Assembly (NCBI GenBank): GCA_014297435.1
Contig: JACOQA010000004.1
Location: 76,180 to 140,179 of the forward strand
DNA length: 64,000 nucleotides
Source: Candidatus Nanohaloarchaea archaeon
Lineage (GTDB): Archaea; Nanohalarchaeota; Nanosalinia; Nanosalinales; Nanosalinaceae
Direction: 5' to 3'
The position numbers were made by a program, and so were the translations under genes. Below the pieces are notes generated by a model. That model worked only from the letters and a program-made list of their open reading frames with translations. It had not been told where the DNA came from and ran no database searches. Below are positions 1-9,370 of this stretch, in pieces. Every line of letters starts with the position of its first letter. Position 1 is the stretch's first letter.

Positions 1-313
1 AATGAACGTTCTCGACTTTTTCTACTCTGTTACTAATTCTCTGTATCTCTACTAATAGTTCGGAGTTAAGTACATCCTTATCGGATTCAAACACGATGTA
101 TGTCGTGTCTCCTGAAAACTTCGCTCTCAAGGTATCGAGTGATTCGACGGTTGAGTCATCTTCTGGCAGGATTGCTTCGGTGCTTGGTTTAACCTCTAAG
201 TTTAACGCTCCTGGAACTACAAGAAGTGTCAAAAGACCTATTATGAGTAAGACTTTCTTGGGTTTCTCTACCTGGTATTCTACCAGTTTTTCAGCGAGTC
301 TCTCTATAATCAT
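1..313 (-). CDS. MMPL/RND-family transporter half, N-terminal part (runs off the window edge)
   Basis: Manual translation from ATG at 313: MIIERLAEKLVEYQVEKPKKVLLIIGLLTLLVVPGALNLEVKPSTEAILPEDD..., open to position 1. Parallels the N-terminus of 317..1381. Confidence 0.8.
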   Translation of the reverse strand, partial: MIIERLAEKLVEYQVEKPKKVLLIIGLLTLLVVPGALNLEVKPSTEAILPEDDSTVESLDTLRAKFSGDTTYIVFESDKDVLNSELLVEIQRISNRVEKVENVH

Positions 314-316
314 TTT

Positions 317-1381
317 TCAGAAGTCGTGCCTCCAGTCGATCGATTCATGGATTTTCTTCATAACCTTCTCCTCGAGTACGAAAACTGAGGGAAGCAGGAG
401 AAAGCTGAAAAGCAGTGCGTAGCCTATACCTATCGACATTATTAGACCGAACCTGTGCATCTCAGGCATCATACCTGTAAGAAACGCCATGAACGCGCTA
501 ATGGTCGTAATCGATGTTGCTAAAATAGCGACCCCTGTCTCTCCAACAGCTTCTGAAAGCGCCTCACCTATCGTGTTATCTTTCCTGTGAAACCTGTATG
601 TATTGAGTATGTGAACCGAGTAGTCGATCCCTATACCTATAACCAGTGCTGCGACAGATCCCGCCAGGGTTGAAAGCGGTATTCCTAGGTAGCCCATGGT
701 TCCGTATAGCCAGATAACTGAGAGCGCTACGACTATCAGAGGCATGAGTGCGGATGAAAAGCTTCCCTGAAAAAGACCTAGAGTTATCAAAAAAACGAGA
801 CCTAGGGATATCATAGTTGTAACATTTTTATCACGAGAGACCATTGATGAGAGACGTTGCTGTACTGCTGGAACACCTGATATCTCGGTTTCGACTCCTT
901 CAGGTTTTTCGTACTTGGTCTGTTCTTCTATTTCGTTGAATATCCTGTCCATTTCAGATCCAGAGTCCCCTAGATAAGTGTAGGCAGTAATTACTGCGTT
1001 TTGGTCTCTTTCGTCCACCAATCCTTCTCTTTGGAGAGGTGACATAACTTGAGTTACGCCATTTATCTTCCTGATGTCGTTCGAAAGATCCTGTATATAT
1101 TCTTCTGTCCGGTTGTCATGTATGCTTTGAACTCCGTCCTCCATTTTTCCTGTTGAGATTTTTACTGCGATAGAGTCTTTGCCTATTCCTTCAGCTCTCA
1201 AGTTGTTCACGCCTTCTACAGGGGTTGAGCTCGAAGGCATCATGTTTTCCAGTGCTACTATGGTTTCGACTCTTGCCATTCCAGGAATCATGGCTAGCGA
1301 GAGAAATACGAACAGGAGTACTATCTTGGTCGGATGTTTTTCCTGGATTGTTGTTATTTTCTCAAGGATTTTCTGTGACAT
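317..1381 (-). CDS. Half-size MMPL/RND superfamily exporter
   Basis: TM1, extracytoplasmic loop, then 5 TMs with GIGIDYSVH (GxxxDYxxH) RND/MMPL motif. Confidence 0.88.
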   Translation of the reverse strand: MSQKILEKITTIQEKHPTKIVLLFVFLSLAMIPGMARVETIVALENMMPSSSTPVEGVNNLRAEGIGKDSIAVKISTGKMEDGVQSIHDNRTEEYIQDLSNDIRKINGVTQVMSPLQREGLVDERDQNAVITAYTYLGDSGSEMDRIFNEIEEQTKYEKPEGVETEISGVPAVQQRLSSMVSRDKNVTTMISLGLVFLITLGLFQGSFSSALMPLIVVALSVIWLYGTMGYLGIPLSTLAGSVAALVIGIGIDYSVHILNTYRFHRKDNTIGEALSEAVGETGVAILATSITTISAFMAFLTGMMPEMHRFGLIMSIGIGYALLFSFLLLPSVFVLEEKVMKKIHESIDWRHDF

Positions 1382-1458
1382 TTAGTTGAACTATGTTGCA
1401 CAATCTTTTTTATGTTTACCAGGACAGGAAATTTACATCTTGCCGTGAAACCTAGTCT

Positions 1459-1788
1459 ATGGACTGCCCAACAGAAATCAAACAGCTGCTAAAAGTACTT
1501 TACAACCTATCAAGCTCCGAGACAGAGGTCATGTACTTCCTGTGCAACAACGAGGCTCGAGCCTCGGATATAGCCGAGGAACTTGGCAAGGACAGATCAA
1601 CAATCCAGAGATACCTTTCCAAACTGAGAACGACAGGGCTGGTAGAAAGAGAGAGTGTCGTTAAAGAGGGTAAGAGAGGTCGTTTCTACATCTACTCTGT
1701 GCCCGATAAGGCTGAGATGAAGCGGAAAGTCAAGGAACGGATGGAGGAATGGAAAGACGAAAAACTTGAGGTTCTGGAAGACCTCTAA
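1459..1788 (+). CDS. Winged-HTH transcriptional regulator
   Basis: ASDIAEELGKDRSTIQRYLSKL...GLVER...GRFYIY HTH/wing pattern. Divergent from the RND genes. Confidence 0.85.
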   Translation: MDCPTEIKQLLKVLYNLSSSETEVMYFLCNNEARASDIAEELGKDRSTIQRYLSKLRTTGLVERESVVKEGKRGRFYIYSVPDKAEMKRKVKERMEEWKDEKLEVLEDL

Positions 1789-1826
1789 CAACAAATTATT
1801 AAAAGTTCAACATTCTTACACAAACT

Positions 1827-2075
1827 ATGTCTAAAGAAATAGAAGTTTTCACGACACCGGCTTGCCCCTACTGCACCAAGATAAAGAAGTGGCTCGATGA
1901 AAACGGTTACGACTACACAGAACACAACGTAGCCGAAAACAAAGAAAAAGCCCAGGAAATGATCCAAGAAACAGGCGAAAGGGGAGTCCCACAGACCTTC
2001 ATAGGCAAAGAAACAGTAGTAGGTTTTCAACCCGGAAAGATTCAGGAAGCTATCGAAGAAGAGATAGAAACCTGA
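1827..2075 (+). CDS. Glutaredoxin (NrdH-like)
   Basis: CPYC active site; GVP cis-Pro motif; VGF. Confidence 0.92.
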   Translation: MSKEIEVFTTPACPYCTKIKKWLDENGYDYTEHNVAENKEKAQEMIQETGERGVPQTFIGKETVVGFQPGKIQEAIEEEIET

Positions 2076-2213
2076 AAACCAAGGACAAGAATAAATGTAC
2101 AGGGAGGGGGACTACATCCTCGTCCTTCAAAAGTACTGTTCAGCCTTTAAATCCTCTAATAAAAGCTTTCCTATCCGCGAACCAATTTAAGGCGGCAACC
2201 AAAGCTCGTTAAT

Positions 2214-2402
2214 ATGTTTAATTTAGACCTTGAGAACCCCCTAATTTTCACGACGTTTACAGTAGCCTTATGGATTTCAATGGCGATATTAGTAGAAGTA
2301 ATTTTTGCCAACGGAAGTTTAGAGAGCGGTGTTATCAAGGGCTTTGCTGGAGGTATCGCATACTCGATTACGTACAGATATATACAAAACTTCTCTGACT
2401 GA
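2214..2402 (+). CDS. Small two-TM membrane protein
   Basis: 62 aa, two hydrophobic segments, TTTAAG box about 25 nt upstream. Confidence 0.6.
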   Translation: MFNLDLENPLIFTTFTVALWISMAILVEVIFANGSLESGVIKGFAGGIAYSITYRYIQNFSD

Positions 2403-2486
2403 AAGGCGCCGGTCGCAGAATTTTTGTTTGATTTCAGCCGAACAGCCTGTCAACTTATTAAATAAATGCCGTCAGCAGGAAATTGT

Positions 2487-3602
2487 ATGAAAAGACAGTT
2501 TTTCTGTATTACTATGCTACTGGTTTGTTCTACTGCTTCTTCTGCTGCGCTGGAAAATGTAGAACAGGTTAATAACTCAAACCTGGCGAAACATGAGGTC
2601 GTGATCGGAGAGAATCAAGAAATCCGCTGGGCCGGATACGAAGCCGTATACAAAGACAGCAGAGATTACAGCGCCGAGAGAATTACATTCACAGACCCAG
2701 ACGGGGTGCTGATGAAACAGTTCTCTGGAGAGGAGTTCTATGACGCCTTTAGCGAGATAAAACGGATCAGCGAGAATCTCTACCTAAGACTCGACAGCTT
2801 AAATCATGATAAAAAAGAGATCAAGGCAACCGTCTGGGCTCCTGGGGACGAGTTTGGATCCTCAGATCTTAATATTACTGCCCCAGAGTACATAGTTAAG
2901 CAGAATGACGAAGATTTTACAGTCCCTATAAGAATTGAAAACAGTGGAGGCATTGAGGAAGCTTACGAGCTCTCAGCCGAATCATCAAGTCCTATTTCTA
3001 CTTACTTTACTTACCAAGGCTACAATATAACCAAGCTAGTCGTGGAGCCTGGAGAAGAGAAGGAAATAACCGCGGATATTGAGCTAGACGAAGATATAGG
3101 CAAAGGAGTGAAGAAAATCAACTTCAGTGTTTTCAACAGAAGCTTCTCTTCTAAAGAGTTCCGCTTTCAGGTAACCAACAGCAGCGAAGATGAAAGAGAG
3201 TTAAGAATGAATCTTGATGAGAACTACCTCGAGAAATCATCAGGAACTACAGTTGAAACCACAGTAAGAGTTGAGAACATAGGTGATTCCCTGGTGAAGA
3301 ACGTCGAGCCTTCGATATCCACGCCGGAAAACTGGAACTACACCGTGAAACCTGAGGAAACCAAGAACATCAGTAGCGAGGAGTTCCAGGACTTTGAACT
3401 AGCTGTTTCCGTTCCTTCAACTGCAACTAGCGGCGACTACTTCGTTGATATAGAGTTGGAAAACACTGAGAATTTTGATAAAAGAAATGTTAGAGTGAAC
3501 GTTTCAGATAGCAGCGGTGGCTTCGGTCTGATCGGTGCTATACTCGCTTTAATGTCTATCATGCTTGTAGCAGGAGTTTACAAGGTATTTGGTAGAAGGT
3601 GA
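2487..3602 (+). CDS. Secreted/anchored Ig-like (NEW3/COG1470-type) protein, ABC transporter-associated
   Basis: Signal peptide from MKRQFF, repeated V.N.G / P..W / ATSGDY Ig-like motifs, C-terminal TM + GRR. Operon with ABC genes. Confidence 0.8.
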   Translation: MKRQFFCITMLLVCSTASSAALENVEQVNNSNLAKHEVVIGENQEIRWAGYEAVYKDSRDYSAERITFTDPDGVLMKQFSGEEFYDAFSEIKRISENLYLRLDSLNHDKKEIKATVWAPGDEFGSSDLNITAPEYIVKQNDEDFTVPIRIENSGGIEEAYELSAESSSPISTYFTYQGYNITKLVVEPGEEKEITADIELDEDIGKGVKKINFSVFNRSFSSKEFRFQVTNSSEDERELRMNLDENYLEKSSGTTVETTVRVENIGDSLVKNVEPSISTPENWNYTVKPEETKNISSEEFQDFELAVSVPSTATSGDYFVDIELENTENFDKRNVRVNVSDSSGGFGLIGAILALMSIMLVAGVYKVFGRR

Positions 3603-3611
3603 TAAACTTAA

Positions 3612-4331
3612 ATGGCAGTTGTAGAAATAAACAATTTAAGCAAAAGTTTTGACGGCTTTAAAGCCCTGGAAAATCTGGAAATGGAGATACAGCGAGGTGA
3701 AGTTTACGGTCTTCTCGGACCGAACGGCGCAGGAAAAACCACGTTGTTCCAGACAATGATGGGACAGCTGACGCCTACTTCGGGAGAAGTGGAGATACTC
3801 GGGGAAGACGCATACCGCGACACTTTTGAAGTGGCAAAAGAGGTAAGCTTTCTCCCTGCGGATATCCGTTTCTACGACAACCTGACAGCGAGGAAGAATC
3901 TGAAATACCTTGCTGATCTCGTAGAAGAGGACCCCGACATCGATGAACTACTGGAACTAGTCAACCTTAAGGAGGAAGCAGATAAGAAGGTCTCGGGATT
4001 CTCTCACGGAATGCAGAAAAGACTGGGAATCGCCCAGACACTGATCAAGGATCCGGAAATAATCCTTTTCGACGAGCCGACCACAGGTCTCGATCCGGAA
4101 AGAAAGGAAGACTTCAAGGACCTCATCAAGGAGATCAACGAGGAAAAAGGAATCACTGTAATTGTTTCCTCGCATATCCTCCACGAGTTAGAGGACATAT
4201 GCGATCGAATTGGGGTTCTGAAGGACGGCAACATCAAGGTATCCGGCACTCCTCAAGGAATTATCGAAGAAGAGGGTGTTGATACTTTAGAAGAGGCTTA
4301 CCTTGAGATAACTCGAGGTGACTACCGATGA
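3612..4331 (+). CDS. ABC transporter ATP-binding protein
   Basis: Walker A GPNGAGKTT, FSHGMQKR signature, LFDEPT, SSH. Confidence 0.96.
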   Translation: MAVVEINNLSKSFDGFKALENLEMEIQRGEVYGLLGPNGAGKTTLFQTMMGQLTPTSGEVEILGEDAYRDTFEVAKEVSFLPADIRFYDNLTARKNLKYLADLVEEDPDIDELLELVNLKEEADKKVSGFSHGMQKRLGIAQTLIKDPEIILFDEPTTGLDPERKEDFKDLIKEINEEKGITVIVSSHILHELEDICDRIGVLKDGNIKVSGTPQGIIEEEGVDTLEEAYLEITRGDYR

Positions 4332-5305
4332 AAGCTTTTACAGTTGCCAGGAAAGAGATTGCCGACCAGATGAACAGCAACAAGTTCCTGATCGTATTCG
4401 GACTGCTTCTACTTCTTACGGCAGCCACGGCATTCCAGGGCGCGCAGAACTATCAGGACAGTATGGACCGATTCCAGGAGGCACAGAATTCTGACTCTCA
4501 GATGGGATTCGCTCCGGACAAGCCTTCAGTCCTTGACGCATTCACTATGCTGACACAAGGGGTTAATTTCCCACTTATCGGAGGATTACTGGCATTACTG
4601 CTCAGCTTCAATACTGTATCCGGTGAACGGGATAAAAACACCTTGAAGCTATTAACCTCTTACCCTCTTCACAGAGATAGCATCATCACAGGAAAGTTCA
4701 TGGCAGGAATCTTCACATTGACGATAGCTTCCGCAGCATCATTCATGGTAGCCTCAGCAGTCATTATAGGCATGACCGGGGCAGCAGTAACCGGTGCCGC
4801 GGCAACACGCATCCTGCTGATGCTTGGAGGAACAGTCCTCTACATGTCATGCATCTACGGGCTAGGAACACTCCTCTCAACAGTATTCAACGACAGTTCA
4901 ACAGCTCTCACAGGAGGAATGCTCGTCCTGGTCCTTTCAACACTTGTAATCCCTCAGATGGCATTCATGCTTTCCGATGTCCTCGTAGAAGACTCTGAAG
5001 AGACGAGCATCACAATTGGCCAAGGAAGCTCTGGACTCAGCGATTCATATGAGAAGCGCATGGAAATACGGAACACGATCACGAAGCTGGCGCCATCAGG
5101 AAGTTACGGCAACTTCATGCAGTACATGCTGGGACAAGACCCAAGTAGCATAGGGGTAAGTACTGGAGGCGGCGATGCAGAAAGCGAACCATCAGTTATG
5201 GAAAGCCTCAATTCATCGCTAGGTAACCTGGGGCTTCTCGTGGGACAAGCAGCTCTGTTCTTCGGAGCAAGTTTCGTCATCTTTACAAGGAGGGAAATCT
5301 CCTGA
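4328..5305 (+). CDS. ABC-2 type permease (NosY-like)
   Basis: ARKE start, VSGERDKNTLKLLTSYP...GKF motif, ends FTRREIS. Confidence 0.92.
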   Translation: MKAFTVARKEIADQMNSNKFLIVFGLLLLLTAATAFQGAQNYQDSMDRFQEAQNSDSQMGFAPDKPSVLDAFTMLTQGVNFPLIGGLLALLLSFNTVSGERDKNTLKLLTSYPLHRDSIITGKFMAGIFTLTIASAASFMVASAVIIGMTGAAVTGAAATRILLMLGGTVLYMSCIYGLGTLLSTVFNDSSTALTGGMLVLVLSTLVIPQMAFMLSDVLVEDSEETSITIGQGSSGLSDSYEKRMEIRNTITKLAPSGSYGNFMQYMLGQDPSSIGVSTGGGDAESEPSVMESLNSSLGNLGLLVGQAALFFGASFVIFTRREIS

Positions 5306-5333
5306 TCTTTTTTCTTTTATAGGAGAAGATAGA

Positions 5334-5501
5334 ATGCTGATGGACCTGATAAGAAGAAAGATCGTGATGTTTCTAGGTCCTGATAACCTGAATGTCCCGG
5401 ATTATTTCTGGATTGTAGCTCTGACAACAATAGTGGTTTTATCGCTCATTTTGAAATGGCGAGGACCTGAAGTAGAAGGAGGGATCATGGATCAAGTATG
5501 A
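5334..5501 (+). CDS. Small single-TM protein (55 aa; not in the ORF track)
   Basis: MLMDLIRRKIVMFLGPDNLNVPDYFWIVALTTIVVLSLILKWRGPEVEGGIMDQV; AGGAG at 5321-5325. Confidence 0.55.
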   Translation: MLMDLIRRKIVMFLGPDNLNVPDYFWIVALTTIVVLSLILKWRGPEVEGGIMDQV

Positions 5502-5541
5502 AGAACAACAGGAGTGAGTACATCCTTCTCCAACTTTTTCT

Positions 5542-6396
5542 TTATTGGTTTGGTATTTCTTTATAGTAGTTGAACATATCTGTGTAGGAGGGTTCGACAG
5601 TTTCCATATTCTCAGCGTCCTTCAGATTGTTTTCTGCAGCAATGAATCCTCTTACCTTGTCGTCAACTGTAAAAGTGAAGTTGTGTATTGCGAGATGGTT
5701 TAATCTTTCTGCATTCTCCAGGTCCGTTTCTATTACTTCTGGAATATTCTGCATGAGTTCTTCAGGTGTTCCTTCTGCTACAATTTCGCCGTTTGACAGG
5801 AATGCTATTCGATCTGCTATTTGGGCGTCCAGCGACAAGTGAGTTGAGATGACGAATGTAGCATCGGAGTTTGAATGTTCTCTGATAAGGGAATGTGTTT
5901 CTCTCACTGTTGTAAGATCAAGTGCCGCAGTAGGCTCGTCAAGAAGATAGGCTGATGCATCATTACTTAATGCGATAGAAAGCTCCAGTTTTCTTCTCAT
6001 TCCGCCCGAATAGTTCTCAACTTTCTTCTCAAGTTCATCTTTAATACCAAATTTCTGTGTATAATCTTTCCATCGTTCAGTAAACCGGGGATCTGCTTTC
6101 TTATAGAACTCTATATTTTCTTTACCGCTTAAACGATCAAGACATAAAGACTCCTGAACTAGAAGACTGACAAAACCCTCTTTCTCCGATATAGGAGTTC
6201 CAAGTGATTTGACTTCTCCTCCATCAATAGTTCTACTTCCTGAAAGACAGGATAGAAGTGTTGATTTACCGGAACCGTTCGCACCCATTATTACAAGAGT
6301 TTCACCTGCTCTGACTTCTAAATCAAGGTTTTTGAGTATTTTATCGCCGCCTAAAGATTTTTCCAGGTTATTTGCAAGTAATACAGGTTCGCTCAT
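5542..6396 (-). CDS. ABC transporter ATP-binding protein
   Basis: GANGSGKST, YSGGMRRK, LLDEPT, STH. Confidence 0.95.
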   Translation of the reverse strand: MSEPVLLANNLEKSLGGDKILKNLDLEVRAGETLVIMGANGSGKSTLLSCLSGSRTIDGGEVKSLGTPISEKEGFVSLLVQESLCLDRLSGKENIEFYKKADPRFTERWKDYTQKFGIKDELEKKVENYSGGMRRKLELSIALSNDASAYLLDEPTAALDLTTVRETHSLIREHSNSDATFVISTHLSLDAQIADRIAFLSNGEIVAEGTPEELMQNIPEVIETDLENAERLNHLAIHNFTFTVDDKVRGFIAAENNLKDAENMETVEPSYTDMFNYYKEIPNQ

Positions 6397-7235
6397 CTAG
6401 GCAACACCTTTTTGTTGTAAAGTTTCCGCATAAGCATGATTCCTGCTACAGCGGATATAAGACCATAAAACGCGAGTAGACCTAGAGATTCCATGCTTGA
6501 AGGCATTGCAGGAGGTATGAGGCCTGCTTCCGCATATCCGCCTTCGCCGATTAAATGGTAACTGAGAACCCGTGTTGAAAGAGAGTTTGGGATAAAGTTT
6601 AGCAGATCCTGACTTATCATCGCCATTCCAGGCATTACTCCGTTGTTGCCTGTTATCAGTGTAGCAATAACTGCCGTTATAGTAGTTAAAAGCTCAGCGT
6701 ATCTTTCATTGCTGGAAGCCATTACCATAGGGATTGAGACAATCATCCAGAGTACGCAGGAAAAAACAAAGGCTGCAACTATGATAGGTATAGAGCTAAA
6801 TCCTCTTATAGAGTATGAGGCTCCAGTAACTGCGCCAACAAGTATTGTTACAAGAAAAGCAACTGAAGATATCATTACACCTGCTGACAACCGCCCTATA
6901 AGATCTGCAGAGGGCATCATCGGCATCGAACGATAGGTCTCATACCGTTGATCCTCAAAATCCGTGATCAACTGATTGCCGAATACATAGAGACATACGA
7001 TCATGGAACCAAATACGCCAAGACCTATGGACAGACCTGCCTTCATTGATGCAGGAGCCGAATCAAAAGACGCCATGTAGACAAGATAGAGAAAAGGAGC
7101 AAAACCAAGAGCAATAAACATCAGAGACCAGCTACTCAATACATCGCGTATACTTCGAATAGAAAACGCCTGAACCTGATCTAACCAGTTCCGAACACCA
7201 TTGAGATCTTGAACCCTATCTTTAGTCTGTGACAT
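6393..7235 (-). CDS. ABC-2 type permease
   Basis: About 6 TMs, YRSMP motif, overlaps the ATPase start. Start set at MSQTK after GAGGT. Confidence 0.85.
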   Translation of the reverse strand: MSQTKDRVQDLNGVRNWLDQVQAFSIRSIRDVLSSWSLMFIALGFAPFLYLVYMASFDSAPASMKAGLSIGLGVFGSMIVCLYVFGNQLITDFEDQRYETYRSMPMMPSADLIGRLSAGVMISSVAFLVTILVGAVTGASYSIRGFSSIPIIVAAFVFSCVLWMIVSIPMVMASSNERYAELLTTITAVIATLITGNNGVMPGMAMISQDLLNFIPNSLSTRVLSYHLIGEGGYAEAGLIPPAMPSSMESLGLLAFYGLISAVAGIMLMRKLYNKKVLPR

Positions 7236-7360
7236 ATGAATAACCTCAATAATAACAGGTTTACACAGCATCTTTTAATAAATAAGAGCAGACCTGGCAA
7301 TCACCGAAATTTTCTCCTCTTCATCCTTATTTTTATCAAGGAAGAAACTCAAATACCAGT

Positions 7361-7648
7361 ATGACGCAGATTACTGAAAAACTCCGAGAAAACATTTTCA
7401 GATCATCGAGACGCAACAAGGTCAGCCTAGTGTACTTCGGATGTGCGGCAGGATTCTTTGGCCTATACTTCTTCCTGGATAAAAACCTGTTCACGTTAAC
7501 CATGTTCACAGGCATGTTCCTGACAGGTATCTCGGAAGCTCTTCCTGAAGGCAGAAATGTTCTGGCAGGTGTTCTACGGATTACAGCAGTAATTATCTAT
7601 CTGTCAATTCTTGCATTCTCGTTTTTGAGGCCCGAAGCCGTAATCTGA
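7361..7648 (+). CDS. Small membrane protein
   Basis: Three hydrophobic helices; GISEALPEGR loop. Confidence 0.7.
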   Translation: MTQITEKLRENIFRSSRRNKVSLVYFGCAAGFFGLYFFLDKNLFTLTMFTGMFLTGISEALPEGRNVLAGVLRITAVIIYLSILAFSFLRPEAVI

Positions 7649-7752
7649 GAGACAGTTTGCAATTAACAAAAAACCCCTTCACTAAGAACGCCTTTTTTCA
7701 TTTAGAAAAGGATTTTTCCCTTTACTAAAAAAAGGAAAAATGAATAAATAGA

Positions 7753-7956
7753 CTACTTCATCTGTGTTATAGCGTAAGCCGTCATTAATCCTCCTGCTAT
7801 AAGCAGTACAAAACCCTGTAAATCTGCCGAGACCAGGTAAGGCATGCTGAAACCTATATCGACAGGTCCGACCATGGATTCATTGGTCAGGAGCGTCATC
7901 ACTCCTAGAAGCCCCAATACAGAGCTTATAGGAAGGATTAGCTGTTCGTTGTTCAT
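7753..7956 (-). CDS. Small two-TM membrane protein (67 aa)
   Basis: Start MNNEQL preceded by GGAGGTG; two hydrophobic segments. Confidence 0.65.
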   Translation of the reverse strand: MNNEQLILPISSVLGLLGVMTLLTNESMVGPVDIGFSMPYLVSADLQGFVLLIAGGLMTAYAITQMK

Positions 7957-8075
7957 ACTGTAACACCTCCAATATAATTTATAGCGCTCTCTGTACTGAT
8001 TTGTAGCTGCCCGCCAGCACCCATGATCACGCCAACAAGCATGAAGAACACCGGTTGATCCGATCTCTCTGCCAT
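7953..8075 (-). pseudogene. Probable 3' remnant of a membrane-protein gene
   Basis: MAERSDQPVFFMLVGVIMGAGGQLQISTESAINYIGGVTV* with ATGA coupling to the downstream gene. Its 5' side abuts the duplicated fragment at 8092. Confidence 0.4.
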
Positions 8076-8091
8076 AAGGAATGCTTCTCCT

Positions 8092-8161
8092 GGCTTCTCG
8101 TGGGACAAGAAGCTCTGTTCTTTGAAGCAAGCTTCATCGTCTTCACAATTTTTTCTTTTAT
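8092..8161 (+). repeat. Degenerate copy of the 3' end and T-tract of the permease gene (5232-5320)
   Basis: 8092-8148 vs 5232-5288 match at 50/57 positions; TTTTTTCTTTTAT follows in both. Confidence 0.85.
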
Positions 8162-8387
8162 TTTATGAGAAAGCAACTCGACTATTAAAGTGGCTTTAAA
8201 GCTTAATTTAGAACCTGTTGGGGCGGGAGATCAGGGAAGAGATCCTTTCTGAAGTTGATTCAATTTTTGAACTGATCTTGAAGCTTAATTAACGTATGAC
8301 TCGGCTGAATTAATTCTTTGAGATGTTTATAAAAAAACTTGAGAATTATAGGTGAAAAAGAAGAACGCAGGTAAGAACAGCGGAAAG

Positions 8388-9017
8388 TTACTCCTCTTCC
8401 GCCATCTCCTTGACCTTCTTCATCCGGAAAGTCTCCTCACGCTCCGACTCCTCGAGCGCCTGGGAGATCTTGTCAAGAGCAGAGTTGAACTCGGGAATAA
8501 CCTTGTGCTCTAGAGCGTTGACCCTTCTCTTCGTCTTCTCGATCTCGTTCAGGAGCTTGATCAGCTTCGTCTGGGTCTCCGCCGCGTCAACAACTTTTTC
8601 GAGAAGGTCCTCGTACTTGTCTGCGGTGGAGTCGATTCTTGAGGTGGCTGAAGTTACTCCGTATTCTCTGTTGAGTACGTTCCTTGAGATCTTTTCTGAC
8701 TCGATCTCAGGCACAACCACTCCCATGATGTTCGATGTTGAGGATGAAAGCCTTGGCTCCTCTGTGACAGGGAACGAGTTGGCTCTTATGGCATCCTCAC
8801 CATCGTAGACTTTAGCTAAGAGTAGCTTGAGCTTTGCCTGAGAGTAGACATCAGCAAGCTCCTGATTCACTTCTCTTGCGTCTCCCGCAATCTCCATAAA
8901 CTCGTGGATCAAACCATCACGTTTTTTCTCAAGGATATCGTGTCCGTTTTCCGCAAGTTCAATTCTCTCCTTCAACCTGAGTTCTTCAGAACGGGTTGGT
9001 TTTACATCTTGACTCAT
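8388..9017 (-). CDS. atpD: A-type ATP synthase subunit D
   Basis: KPTRSE...GHDILEKKRDGL, EIEKTKRRVNALEH, EREETFRMKKVK. Confidence 0.97.
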   Translation of the reverse strand: MSQDVKPTRSEELRLKERIELAENGHDILEKKRDGLIHEFMEIAGDAREVNQELADVYSQAKLKLLLAKVYDGEDAIRANSFPVTEEPRLSSSTSNIMGVVVPEIESEKISRNVLNREYGVTSATSRIDSTADKYEDLLEKVVDAAETQTKLIKLLNEIEKTKRRVNALEHKVIPEFNSALDKISQALEESEREETFRMKKVKEMAEEE

Positions 9018-9370
9018 TTAGCTGTCACCTCCTTGTCGCTGATAACGCCGTAGTCCTCTGCAAGCTCATCCAAGACGCTGCTTTCCTCTTCAAGAGTTCC
9101 CGAAACCTTTCCCGGTTTCCTGAGCACATAATGGGCGAACTTGTCTCCAATCGACTCACCTGAGTAGTTCTCGATATTCATCTCAAAACCGTAGCCCTCA
9201 TCATAGTGCTCGATCTCAAGATCGATTCTGCCAGGATCTTTTTGCCTTATGAAGATAGCCGGTTCTGTTTCACCGGCAGCTTCAAGGACTTTGGCAGCAT
9301 GGAAGCTCTCCAGACCATGTAAGGCGTATGATTCTTCATTCCGGTTTTTCTGCATCATTCTATTGATCAC
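9014..9370 (-). CDS. Hypothetical protein inserted between atpB and atpD
   Basis: 118-aa ORF abutting the atpB stop and overlapping the atpD start; no recognised motif. Confidence 0.7.
   Translation of the reverse strand: MINRMMQKNRNEESYALHGLESFHAAKVLEAAGETEPAIFIRQKDPGRIDLEIEHYDEGYGFEMNIENYSGESIGDKFAHYVLRKPGKVSGTLEEESSVLDELAEDYGVISDKEVTAK

Noticed and set aside
7957-8130. N-terminal extension of track ORF 7753..8130
   Set aside because: The SD supports ATG 7956, and the extension runs through remnant DNA.
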